A stretch of DNA of 64,000 nt, from positions 22,506,001-22,570,000 of the forward strand of contig OX597822.1 in the NCBI GenBank assembly GCA_951406725.2. Reading direction: 5' to 3'. This document shows positions 10,620 through 23,200 of this stretch, piece by piece (position 1 is the stretch's first letter; each line of letters opens with the position of its first letter). The position numbers were made by a program, and so were the translations under genes. The notes beneath the pieces were generated by a model. It was not told where the DNA came from and did not search any database. It saw only the letters and a list, made by a program, of their open reading frames with translations. The DNA is from Octopus vulgaris (lineage: Eukaryota).

Positions 10620-11925
10620 AATCATCATCCACGCTGGCATGGGTTGGACGGTTTGACTGAGGACTGGTAAGCTAGGAGGTTGCACACGGCTCCAATCTGA
10701 TCTGGCAAGGTTTCAACAGCTGGATGCCCTTCCACTCCAATGAGAGTGTAATGGGTGCTTTTTACATGCCACCAGCACAGGAGCCAATCAGGCAGAACTG
10801 GCATCAGCGACAACTACGATTTCACTTGACTCAACAGGTCTTCTCGGGCATAGCATATTGCCAAACATGAAAGGTACTATTAAATGAGCAAGTTATGCAA
10901 CACTGGCATTGGCCATGGCTACGATCTCAATTGGCTTGCTGGGTCTTCTCAAGCACAGCATATCTCTAAAGGTCTCGGTCACTAGTTATTGCCTCTGTGA
11001 GGCCCAACATTTGAAGGTCGTGCTTCACCACCTCATCCCATGTCTTCCTGGGTCTACCTCTTCAACAGATTCCTTCCATAATTAGGATGTGACACTTCCT
11101 CACACAGCTGTCCTTATCCATATGTAACACATGACCATTTCAGTGCAGTCGTCTCTTTTGCACACTACATACACTACATTTGATGCTTCTTATGTCCAAC
11201 TTTTCACTCAGAGTGCTTACACTCTGTTGTGTATGCACACTGACATTACACATCCAGCAGAGCATACTAACTTCATTTCTTTCAAGCTTACGCATGTCCT
11301 CAGTAGTCACAGCCCATGTTTCACAGCTGTATAGCAAAGCTGTTTGCACACAGGCATCATACAGCCTACCTTTCACTCTGAGTGAGAGGCCCTTTGTTAC
11401 CAGCAGAGGTAGGAGCTCTGTGAACTTTGCCCAGGCTATTTTTATTCTAGCAGCTATGCTCTCAGAGCATCCACCCTGCTACTGACTTGGTCAGCTAGTT
11501 AACGGAAGCTATCAACTACTTCTAGTTTTTCTCCCTGGCATGTGATGGAATCTGTTTTCTGTACATCTTCAGTATTTATTGTACCTGTGCATCTGCTACA
11601 CACAAAAACTATTTTCCCAGTTAACTTTCCTTTGATATTGCAGTGCCTCTTATGTGTCCATAGCTTACACTGGATGCATCTTATGGAGTTTCTACCAATG
11701 CCTTTTCTACAGATCAAGCAGAGCCATCTACCTGAAGGGATTTGTGATTTGTCTGCCTTCCTACTTACTAAGACTTTGGTTTTTGCTAGATTGACTCCAA
11801 TACCCTTTGATTCTAGACCTTGCTTCCACACCTGAAACTTCTCTAGTTCTGATAGTGACTCAGCTATTAGAGCAAGGTCATCAGCATAGAAGAGCTCCCA
11901 GTGGCAGCCTGTCTTGAATTCTTCT
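10620..11925 (-). mobile_element. 5'-truncated RTE-like LINE with (GAT)n tail
   Basis: ELFYADDLALIAES, VNLAKTKVL, Cys-rich insert, KGRLYDACVQTALLYSCETW, GRPRKTW; its 3' UTR recurs many times in the window. Confidence 0.85.
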
Positions 11926-11950
11926 GTTATACTACTACTACTACTACTAC

Positions 11951-11997
<47 letters not shown>

Positions 11998-12001
<4 letters not shown>

Positions 12002-15000
12002 TAAATGAATTAGTATATACAGCAGCCACTGCAGCCACAAAAGAAGCTGGATACTCCCAAAAACCCATCCAAACAGGAGTACCACCACCCAAACAAACCC
12101 TGTGGATAAATAACATCCAAAACAAAATACAAAAAATGAGAAAAGATCAGTCGATTCTTAATGAAATCAGTATACAATCAATGCTACTAAGCAACAAAAA
12201 GAAAACAAAAATACTGTGCAAATACATCACAGAAAAAGATTTGCCTGAGATAAAAGAAAAGCTAAAGCCAGATATCCTTGCCAAAGCATAAAGGATCCGC
12301 CGGTATGAGAAATGCCAACGCTTCTTTGAACAAAACAAACAGTTCAACTCCAACCCCAAAAAGTTCTACCAAGAACTTGGCAAAAATAAAATAAACATCA
12401 CTGCAGCACCAACGGCAGAAGAAGTGAAAGAATTCTGGAAAGAAATATGGTCGGCAAATGAACAACCAAAAAAAAAGGAGTATTAAAACAACAAACTTAG
12501 CATCTGAGCAACTTTGGATCCCCATAACAAAGGAAAAGGTCACCCAGGCACTGCAAAGACTAAGCATCTGGAAGGCACCTGGGCATGACAAGATCCCCAA
12601 CTTCTGGTTGAAATATCTGACAGGAATGCACAAAAAGCTGGCTGAAAACTTTTAACAACATAATTGCAGAGCCAGAGACAATGCCTGAATGGCTCACAAA
12701 GGGGAAAACCATCTTAATTCCTAAATCCAATGAGACAGCAAAACCAGAAAACTACAGACCTATAACCTGTCTGCCTACAATGTACAAAGCATTCACTACA
12801 GTAATATCACAAAGATTGAACAAGCACCTGGACGAAAACAACCTGTTTCTAGAAGAGCAGAAAGGGTGCTGCAAAGGCTCATATGGCTGTAAAGATCAAC
12901 TAATGATCAATAAAGCCATAACTGAAGACAGCCACAGAAAGAAGAAAGGCCTCAGTATGGCCTGGATCGACTACAGAAAGGCGTTTGATAGCACCCCACA
13001 CACATGGATCCTCAAAACACTAGCCATTAACAAAGTAGCACCAACAATTATAAAATACATAGGACACTCTATGAATAAATGGCAGACAGTGCTACAGCTC
13101 CAAACAAAAGAGGGACTCGTGAAAACCAAAGCCATCCCCATTAGAAGAGGAATATTCCAGGGAGACACGCTCTCTCCACTCTTTTTCTGCTTGGCACTGT
13201 CACCTCTATCTGATATGCTAAATAGAACTGGATGCGGATGTGTTACGGCAAAACGATCAGCCACCTTTTATATATGGATGACCTAAAACTATACGCTACA
13301 GATGACAAACAGCTGGAAACACTACTAAAGACAGTTCATGGATTCACCAAAGAAATAGATATGAAATTTGGATTAGAAAAATGCACCAAAGTAACTCTGA
13401 AAAGAGGAAAACTAGTTAAGAGTAGCAACATCACACTAGATAAAGCCAATGAAATAAGAGAATTAGACCAAAGCCAAACTTGCAAATATTTAGGAATCCA
13501 TGAACTAGATAAGACAACACACACAAATAAAAGAGAAAATAAAGAAAGAATACTATAGACAAGTTAGATCAATAGTAAAAACAGAGCTCAATGCTAAAAA
13601 CAAGATAATAGGTATTAACACTTTAGCCGTCCCAGTTATAAGTTACATCTACAATATCCTTAACTGGACACTAAATGAACTAACCAAAATAGATAGGAAA
13701 ACAAGAAAAATAATGACAGGATCTAGGATGCATCACCCAAAATCTGACATAGAAAGGCTATATATACAACGTATAGAAGGTGGTAGAGGCCTTATAAAGC
13801 TGGAAAACTACTATAAAATAACCACCATAGGACTGCAAAAATACCTACGTCAGAAGCAAGGAAAACTGATACAAATAGCAGCAAAACACGAGCAAAACAA
13901 AAAATTGTTCTCAGTATTTAAGGAAGCTGACAAATACAAACAAGAAATCATACCACCTAACAAATACGAAGAAGAAGACGAAGAAGAAGAAGAAGAAGAA
14001 GAAGAAGAAGAAGAAGAAGAAGAAGAAGAAGAAGAAGAAGAAGAAGAAGAAGAAGAAGAAGAAGAAGAAGAAGAAGAAGAAGAAGACACAACAAAAGCTA
14101 TAAAGCAAATGAAATCAAAACTAAAACTAGAACAGCAACGGACCATGATAAAACGATGGCAAGAAAAGTCCCTTCATTGCAAGTACTGGACTAAACTAAA
14201 TGCAAAAGAAATAGACAAAGAAAAATCCCTGCAAAGGTTGAGAAGCTCAGGACTCAAAGCAGAGACAGAGGGATTTTTAATTGCAGCACAAGACCAAAGC
14301 CTCCCCACCAGAAATTACCAAAAACATGTAATGAAGAGAAATATAACAAGTAACTGCAGAATATGTGGAGATGGACAAGAAACAATAAATCATATTATCT
14401 CTGGCTGCCCAGTCCTGGCTAAGAAGGAATATATTCACAGACACGACAGAGTTGGGACCTACTTACACTGGAAGCTATGTCAACATTATGGAATAACAAC
14501 AGAAAAAAGATGGTATAGGCACACACCAGAAAAGGTCACAGAAAATGAGAAAGCAACCATACTCTGGTATATGCCAATACACACAGATAGAGAAATTAAG
14601 GCCAACAGACCAGAGATAGTTGTCAGAGATCATGAAGAAAAAAAAATGCTTTCTAATTGATGTATCAATACCAGCAGATGACAACGTGTCTCTAAAAGAA
14701 ATGGAGAAACTTTCAAAATACAAAGACCTGGAAATAGAGGTAACTAGAAAGTGGAATCTAAAAACAGAAACAATTCCTATCATAGTAGGTGCATTAGGCA
14801 TGGTAAAAAAATATTCAGACAAATACATAACAAAAACACCAAGACTTACAAACACATATAACATAGAGAAAATGGCACTACTAGACACTGCACACATCCT
14901 ACACAGAACACTTTCCATACAATAACCATCAGAGCATCACAACAAATCACAGCACATACCCAAGGCACACAGAGCTGCGCTCGGTAGTGAAATGAAAGCA

Positions 15001-15022
15001 CGCTATAAAAATAAAACTACTG
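11998..15022 (+). mobile_element. Dong/R4-clade LINE (RT plus RLE), frameshifted, 5'-truncated
   Basis: WKAPGHDKI, NYRPITCL, WIDYRKAFDS, RGIFQGDTLSP, HLLYMDDLKLY, KYLGI, CRICGDGQETINHIISGC, RHDRVG, IDVSIP, KYKDL; (TAA)n on both sides. Confidence 0.95.
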
Positions 15023-15032
15023 AATGATGATG

Positions 15033-15088
<56 letters not shown>

Positions 15089-15089
15089 T

Positions 15090-15680
15090 AGTGCTTGTGA
15101 AAGTCTTGTGTAGACATTACAAAGTAGCCCCAAACCTCCACTGGCTACTATGCCATAAGTATGGATATGAAGTTATGGGTGCTTGTTACGAACATACACC
15201 GGAAAAGATAATGGATGAAAGGAGAAGGCAAAAATCCTCTGGGACTTTGGTTTCCAGACAGACAAAGTATTAGAGCACCGAAGGCTGGATATAGTAACCT
15301 TTAGGAGCAACAAACAAGAGTGCCTAATAATCAATGTAGCAGTGTCAGGAGATGAATGCATCATCATGAAAGAAAAAGTTAATATGGAGACCTGAGAATT
15401 GAGATCGCTAAGATGTGGCAGCTAAGAGAGTCGAACATAAAGGTTATCCCTATTGTCATTGGAGCTTTGGGTTCAATACCAGACAATCTGAAAAAAAACA
15501 TCTGAAAACCTTAGAAATACCCTACAATCTAGCAAAATTCAGTGTTACTTGGAACTGCATGCATATTGCGTAAAGTAGTGTCTGTCTGAGGGCCTTGTTG
15601 GGATTTGGCAAACAGCACAAACCCCCGTAGACACAATATCCTCAATCAACAACCGCATGATATTGTATATTGTGTGACAT
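15090..15680 (+). mobile_element. 3' fragment of a second R4-type LINE family
   Basis: RHYKVAPNLHW, WDFGFQTDKVLEHRRLDIV, IPIVIGALGSIP; directly follows the (TAA)n tail of the previous element. Confidence 0.8.
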
Positions 15681-15693
15681 CTATAATAATAAT

Positions 15694-15899
15694 GGTTTCA
15701 AGTTTTGCTACAAGGACAGCAATTTTGGGGGAGGGGAGAAGTCGATTACATCGACTCCATTGTTACACTAGAACTTAATTTATTGGCCCATAAAGGATGA
15801 AAGGCAAAGTTGACCTCGTCAGAATTTGGACTCAGAATGTAGCAGCAGACAAATTACCATCAAGCATTTTGACCAGCATGCTAACGAGTCTGTCAGCTC

Positions 15900-15935
<36 letters not shown>

Positions 15936-16374
15936 CCTTTCTACTATAGGTACAAGGCCTGAAATTTGGGGGAAGGGGACTAGTCAATTATATTGACTCC
16001 AGTGTTTCACTGGTACTTAATTTATCAACCCTGAAAGGATGAAAGGTAAAGTCAACCTCGGCAGAATTTGAACTCAGTACAGGTGAAATGCTTAACAGCA
16101 TTTTGCCCAGTGTGCTGACGATTTTGCCAGCTCACCAACTTAGATAATAATAATAATAATCCTTTCTACTGGAAGCAAAAGGCCTCAAATTTGGGGGAAG
16201 GGGTTAAGATGATTACATCGCCCTCAGTACACAACTGGTACTTCATTTATTGACCCCAAAAAGATGAAAGGCAAAGACGACCTCAGCAGAATTTGAATTC
16301 AAAACATAGTGACAGGACGAAATACTGTTAAGCAGTCAACCAACATGCTAACAATTCTACCAGCTTGCCACCTT
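15694..16374 (-). mobile_element. Three consecutive SINE family B copies separated by (AAT)n
   Basis: Three repeats of ...GATGAAAGG(C/T)AAAG...CCTCG...AGAATTTG...AGCATTT...CCAGCT. Confidence 0.85.
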
Positions 16375-17214
16375 AGATAACAATAATAATGATAATAATA
16401 ATAATAATGATACATGGATGAATGGACAAAGTTTACCTCAGGCTCATGACTTGGCTTGAATGCTCCAGAGTGGTCTTCACAAAATGCAAGCAACAGCCAG
16501 GTAGAGGTAGTAAACTGTATTTCAAAAGTGACCATTTTATGATCGTATAGTTAATGAAATACACTAGCAATAGAGATTTCAATAAATTTGGCGTATAATG
16601 AAGAATGCAAATTTGGTTTGTGAAATATCTTATACATTATTAAGTTGTGTGCGGAATATTATTAAGGTTGGGAGTGTAGTGGGGGGAACCAGAGGGTTAC
16701 TGTATCAGTTCACGACTACATAGATACTTAAAACAGTTAATGGTGCATGTCACTGAGCCATACTCACTCACAAGTAATCCCTGACCATACTTGTACATAT
16801 TTTATCAAACTTGGATGGATGAAAAAAGTGAACCCAGACAAGATTTGAACTCAGAATGTAAATAACTAAAAGCTGCAAAGCAGTTCATCTGTTGGTTCAC
16901 TGATCCTGGTTAACACTTCTATGTGTTTATTTGACCTGCCAGAAAAGAGTAGCCAAATCTTCTTCAAATCACACCTCAGGTGGAATCTTAGAAAATAACA
17001 CAATGGATCGTATGGTTCTGGGTACCCTTGTATGTAGGAGAATGACAGTTATGGTTGGACTGCTTGGTTATAGGGTTACACAATTGTACTAATCAGGAGC
17101 TAAACAACTACGACCAATAACACAAGGTCCAATTAAAAAGTATAGGAACTGGTTTAACGTCCATTCTCCATGCTAGCATGGTTTGGACGATTTGACTGAG
17201 GGCTGCCACTGATG

Positions 17215-17582
17215 GAAGCATTCCTAGAAACCCACTTTTGGAATAGCAAGTAGTTGCCTCATTGCATTCTCTTGAAATTTTGCTGGGGTCTTCCACTGTG
17301 AAGACTGAGCCTTGGTTTTGGGGGTCATAGCCACAGACCCACGATTCGTCACCTGTTGTGACCATTTTCAAAAAGTTTTCATCTTCCTTGACACAACCGA
17401 AGACATTTTGTACAGCTGAGGCTCAATCTTCTTTTTGAGACAACCACACTCTACACACTCTACTTTTAAGCACTGCTAGAAACAACAGAAGAGAGCGAGA
17501 ACATTATAACTTCGTGTGCATGAATGACAGAGTGCCATGTTACCATAGCAACAGACCCAATACTTTTTGATCAGACTTCATA
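17215..17582 (-). mobile_element. Mariner transposon remnant
   Basis: Minus strand TTGDESWVCGYDP (first catalytic D motif of mariner transposases) and a TIR-like TATGAAGTCTGATCAAAAAGTATT at ~17560-17582. Confidence 0.75.
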
Positions 17583-17870
17583 TATCAGGAATAGATCTGT
17601 TAACATTTTTGTGAAAATTTGGAAGAAAAATGTTGCTTTACACTAATTAAAAATGAGTGTGTGTTTAATTATGTCTTTTAATTAAGTTTGAGAGAGTGAG
17701 AGTGAGAGTGATAAGGAAGGGTGAGCCAAGAGGTTGTGTGTGTGTGTGTGTGTGTGTGTTTACAACAGCTATTTTGTCTCTCCACACTCCTAAGGCTAAA
17801 TGCTGAGCTCTAACTAATATTAATTAATGTTATTTTATAGTGTTGTTTTTGTGATTTGTTACAGGGTACC

Positions 17871-17914
<44 letters not shown>

Positions 17915-18440
17915 TAGTGAGTGTCTGAATGAATGAGTCTGTGTGTGAAGAGAAAGAGATTTGAATTAGAATTATTGAAAACAATAAAATAAAAATATAT
18001 AAAGAAATGGAGAATCAGAAATAAGCACAGATGCAGCAAACTAGCAAGGGAGCTTCTACAAGGTTGCTCAATATGCTAGAAATGGCAGCCAAGCTTCCCT
18101 CAGATCACAAGCAACCAATTTATAAAAAGTAGCATACATTGGAAAATATAATCTGATATATAAAAAAAAGACCACATGATGGTTGTAGCTGGAATTATCC
18201 TCATTTAACATCCATTCTCCATTCTAGCATGAGTTAGATGGTTTGACGACAATTGGTAAAGGCCAGGGGCTGCACCAGGCTCCTTTATCTGTTTGGCATG
18301 GTTTTACAGTTGGATGCCCTTCCTTATGCCTATCACACCACAGATTATACTGAGTGCTTTTTATGTGACACTACCACTGGTATCAGTTCTGCTGTGCTGG
18401 ATAGGTAATGTTTTTTGTTAAAGGTTTGTCTAATTAGTGA

Positions 18441-18742
18441 AGGCACATGGCTCAGTGGTCAGAGTGTTGGACTCTCAATCAGTGAGACCAAAGCTTTGTA
18501 TGTAGGTTTGGTAGATAGAAACTGAAAGAAGCCAGCTATGTGTGTGTGTGTGTCCCACCACTGCTTGACAACCGATGCTGGTTTGTTTACATCCCAGTAA
18601 GTTAGTGGTTCAGTAAAAAGAAACAGAATAAGTACCATGCATAAGGAAAAGAAAAGAACTGGGGTCAATTCATTTGACTAAAAGTTCTTCAAGGCACTGC
18701 CCCAGCATGGCCTGCAGTCTAATGACTGAAAAAAGATAAAAG
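18441..18742 (+). mobile_element. SINE family A-related copy
   Basis: tRNA-like head GGCACATGGCTCAGTGGTCAGAG, core GGTAGATAGAAACTGAAAGAAGCC, tail ATGACTGAAA...AAAAGAT. Confidence 0.75.
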
Positions 18743-18767
18743 ATATATATATATGTATTTAAAGAGT

Positions 18768-19030
18768 AAAGACTCTTTTCAGTCATGGATGACCATGGGA
18801 TTGCACCTAGAAAGTTACCCTCTGAGACACAAGTCTGGACAAAGTTGTTCATGGAAGACCAGCAGTTGCCTATGCATACCAGCTTCCCTCTCTCCATGCC
18901 ACTTACATTATCCAAGGGAAAGGCAAAAGCCAATACAGCTTGGCTCAAGAAAACAACATACAGCCTGGTCTAGGAATCGAACTCGCTACCTCATGATTGT
19001 GAACTTGATGCTCTAACCACTGAGTCATGT
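18768..19030 (-). mobile_element. tRNA-derived SINE (distinct family)
   Basis: Minus-strand head TGACTCAGTGGTTAGAG...GAGTTCGATTCC (A and B boxes) followed by a non-tRNA body. Confidence 0.7.
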
Positions 19031-19603
19031 ACCTATATGCATCTATATCAACATTTAACATCTGTGTTCTATGCTGGTATGATGGGGTGTGCAGTTTGAC
19101 AGGATCTACTAGGCTCAAGGTTTGCATCATGCTCCAGGTTTTGCACGACATGGTTTCTGCAGCTGAATGCCCTTCCTAATGCCAAACACTTTATGGTGTG
19201 TACTAGGTGCTTCTTTTCATGCAACCAGCATTAGTGGGGTCAGCATACAGCTTGCAAGACTATGGACCCTTGTGGAGAGAGGGAACTTTATGGTAAGAGA
19301 ATGAGGAGTAGAGAGAGGAAAGGTATGAGAGAAAGGTCCAGAGCAGAATGAGCTTTTTGCTGTAAAGGAGCAACGTGACTACTTAAAATATAGGAGAGAG
19401 GTTGGTGGGGTGGAGGTGGAAAATGATACAAGTGGTGATGAGATGTCAGGGTGAATTGTCAAAGCATGAGTTGGAATGGGAGTGAGTGAGAGGAAAAGGG
19501 TTGGCTATTCGTGTATCTGTTCCCTATCCATCCCTGCAATCTTCTCACCAGCATGTCATCTTTCTTTCATCTCTTCATTGTACTAATCGATTTTTGGAAT
19601 TAA

Positions 19604-19824
19604 CCCTTTCGTTACTGTATTTATTTTGAGATACTCTGTGTTTCTCTCAATTACTTTAAATATAACAAAGAATTTAGTAAAATAACTTAGTTATCATTAA
19701 GCTAGTGTTAGGTACATAAATTTTGGCTAAGGTTTGGTAGAAGATTTTAATTCAAAATTTATGAAAACAAGACATTTGTACTCCAGAGCCAGAGCCGGTT
19801 TCAGCCAGGTTGGCAATGAAAGGG
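19604..19824. mobile_element. piggyBac-type MITE
   Basis: TTAA|CCCTTTCGTTAC...GCAATGAAAGGG|TTAA: TTAA TSD with CCC/GGG termini. Confidence 0.85.
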
Positions 19825-22800
19825 TTAAAATTAAATTTGAGAATAAATTATCAATTATAAATTGCACAGTCAGGTGTCTATGTTTGCTCAGCCTGTGTAC
19901 ATTTCAATGATATAATTTCAAGACAATAAATATACCAGGTGTTTTGCATTTATGCACATAAATCTATGCTTGTTTTCATAAAAGGCACTTTAAAATTGTG
20001 TTAAATAAAAAATGAGATTTTGTTGTAATATGAAGTTGTTTTTAAATGCTCATGAAGTTATGTGGTTATATATATAATGAATATATATGTAGTTATGTGA
20101 ATAATGTATGTATGTATTATGTGAATAATGTATGTAATGTATGTATGAATCTTAAGGATATAGAGTATACAGTTTTGAATGTGTGTTTACATGCAACATT
20201 TGAAGAAATATAGAAATTGTTTTTGAGGGAATTGGGAAAATAGTTCATGTGAAAGCAACAATAAATCCCAAGCATTAAGTGGGATTTAAAACTATAAAGC
20301 ATTATATAAACACATGCTTTTTCATCCAAGGTGTGTGAAGAGGAGGGCAAACCTTCTGCTTGAAAGATGGGCATTGAGTTGTAAAAACTTTTTCCAAAAC
20401 ACAAGACAGACAACTTTTCTGTTGATTTCTTTGTGTGTATCTGATGATAAGAAATGTAACAGAGATGAATGAATCTTCCAGCCTGTGCCACAACAGAAAA
20501 ATAAATATCAAACAGTTATTCAGTGTTAAAAATCTTCACCATCATACCATCATTATCCAAAATCTGAATGTAGTTTCAAACCAACTGCTTACTCTTTGAA
20601 TGATATGGAAACTATAAGCATTGTTTTAGTCACATGTTTGTGGCACACATTTCTATAGATTAACTAACAAATGGTGGCAATAATATTCTGTTCCATGGCC
20701 AAGTACAGTAAGAGTACTTAATCAACTGTGGTTCGTTTTCATCAAAAATATTCTCAGAAGTTTCTGCCAGTTGATGAGAACACATTGAATTAGACTCCAA
20801 GAGAGCAGCATTTATGGAAAATATAAATGGCAAATATCCCTTGATTAACCTGTCTGTGTTTTCTCATTGTGTATCATTAATTTTAGTAAAGTAGAAATCA
20901 ATCATCTTAAATGTTGATAATTACAAAAAATGTCATTTACGTGATATTAATTATATTAATGAGACAAGGTTTTTCAATGAATGCTCATGAGCAATCACTC
21001 CTGCTTCTGGAGTAATAATACTTCACAATAAAAATCATAAAATCATCATCATCATCATCATCACCACCATCATCATCATCATCATCATTATCATCATTAC
21101 CACCACCATCATCATCATCATAATCATCATCATCATCCTCAGCCTCATTATCATCATTTAACATCTGCTTTCCATGCTGGCATGGGGTGGATGTTTGATA
21201 GGTGATGGCAAGCCAGAGAACTACATCAAGCTCTGTCTGCTTTGGCATGGTTGGATGCCACACCTAATGACAACCACTTTATAGTGGTTGTATGTGTTGA
21301 GAGAGAGTGGAGGATAATTTACAATTTATATAAACAACATCGTCTCATCAAACCCAGTAAAATGAAAATCTTTGCTGGCAAATGAACTTCATAACATCAA
21401 CAATGGAGCAGGTGATATGAAAACTCCCTTTTGATCTAATTACTGTAAATTAAAGGATGACAAAAGACAAATAGGAAACAAAAGCAATGGAAAAGTTGAG
21501 GTCGTTCACTTCCAGAAAGTTGATGTGCTGAAACAATTGCATACATTTCTCTTGGAGTATCATAGAATTAAACATTCTGTCAACAACAACCAAAGCAGAT
21601 GCCTCTTTCACTTATAAAGTGAATGTGGCTAACAGATCATCTTCCAGGTGGAATGGGTGAAATGGTTCATCTATTTTCTTGTCATGGACCCAATTTGACT
21701 ATTGTTGCCAATGAGGCCTCTTCATTCTAAACAGACAAGAATTGAAATATCTCAACTGTTGATTACAAAACTTTTTTTTTTAAATGAGAAGCCAACAAAA
21801 TTATTTTTCACAAAATGCATTATATAAAAAATATAAAAAATGCATGTTATAAAATATATATAGAGAGAAATGCATGTTATAAAATAAAAATATATATAAA
21901 AATAATTTGCTGATGATGATTTAACCTTTGATCTTAGCTGAAACCATTCTTTCACATTCCTGTGTATTATCCATGATGACATGTCTCCATATTTCTCAAA
22001 TTTTTATTATTTTTTTTGTCATTTTTTGTTATGGTGTCCTCTCTTCCAGTTCAATATCAACCAGACAGGACATTGTATATTTAACTACAAACCATTATGC
22101 AAATTCCATGTGTTTTAACAATAAGAAATTGAAAGCTGGCTGAATGAGAGAAAAGTTGTTTTCAATTCATCATGCGTTTATTGTTTAAAGCTTGCATCAG
22201 ACGTGACGGTCCAATGATGAACAACAGACTAACAACACCAGAAAGTACTGTTCATGCAGTGGTTTGATTATACAGGCTCTATAGTTATGTGTGTGTGTGT
22301 ATGTGCATAAAGAGAGAGAGCCAGACAGGATATATATATATATATATATAACGAAAGACAGGAGACAGAGAAAGTGTGTAAATGAATAGCTGTCATAGCA
22401 TAGCCCCTATACTAATACTTGTAGAAACTAGATTATTCATGTCCCTGACTTTATATTTGGTAGGCCAGGCCATCCATATCAACTGAAAATGAATAGCACC
22501 TGATGTGAACACATGACTGCATTCTGTTCTCTGTTCTCTCTTGTCAGTCACTGTCTGTTTCTTCTGGTTTTTGTTTCTGAAGATTTTGTCCTTTTTTTTT
22601 TTTTTTACATGTTCCAAAACAAATTTGATTGGCAGACCAGTGGTGACATCATCACTAGAAAAACAAGCAAATGTTTACATTAAATTCTATTGGGTAGATT
22701 TTTACTGATGTCACCACTCAATTTTTCCAAAATTTTAATTGTTATGTTTTAAGAATTTCCTGATCTGAGGTTCAAATCAATGTGTAGATATGGTACATGT

Positions 22801-22929
22801 TCCTAATGTATTCCTCTATCAAATTAATCGCATGGCTTTTTTTATAGGTACAACACTAGTGGCATTATAAGTACTACAACCGTACTTGTATCCAGTGTCA
22901 TCTCAAACATGAGATAACACTAGATTGAA

Positions 22930-23200
22930 ATGCTTGGGCAGATGGTGAATTGCAGATTTGTGCAATTCATATTATTTTTGAAGAGTTGGTATTAAAACAA
23001 TTGGTGATAAATAAGGGGTATCACAAGATGGATTCTTCAAGGCAAGGCAACCAGTAGGACAGCTAGGGGTAGACCAAGAAGGAAATAATTGGATAATGTC
23101 AATTGTCTCAGTTAATCTTACTTGAAAATCTGGCCAGACAGCTTCCTCTGATAGGATCATATGGAGGAGGTGTCTGAGAACCTCCCAGGATTAGTGGCAG
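22930..23200 (+). mobile_element. Old RTE-like LINE 3' remnant
   Basis: TRWILQGK...ARGRPRRK*LDNV C-terminal motif. Confidence 0.5.

Noticed and set aside
21440-21720. Possible piggyBac transposase remnant (LLEYHRIKHSV...FIYFLVM)
   Set aside because: Too degenerate to support without a profile search.
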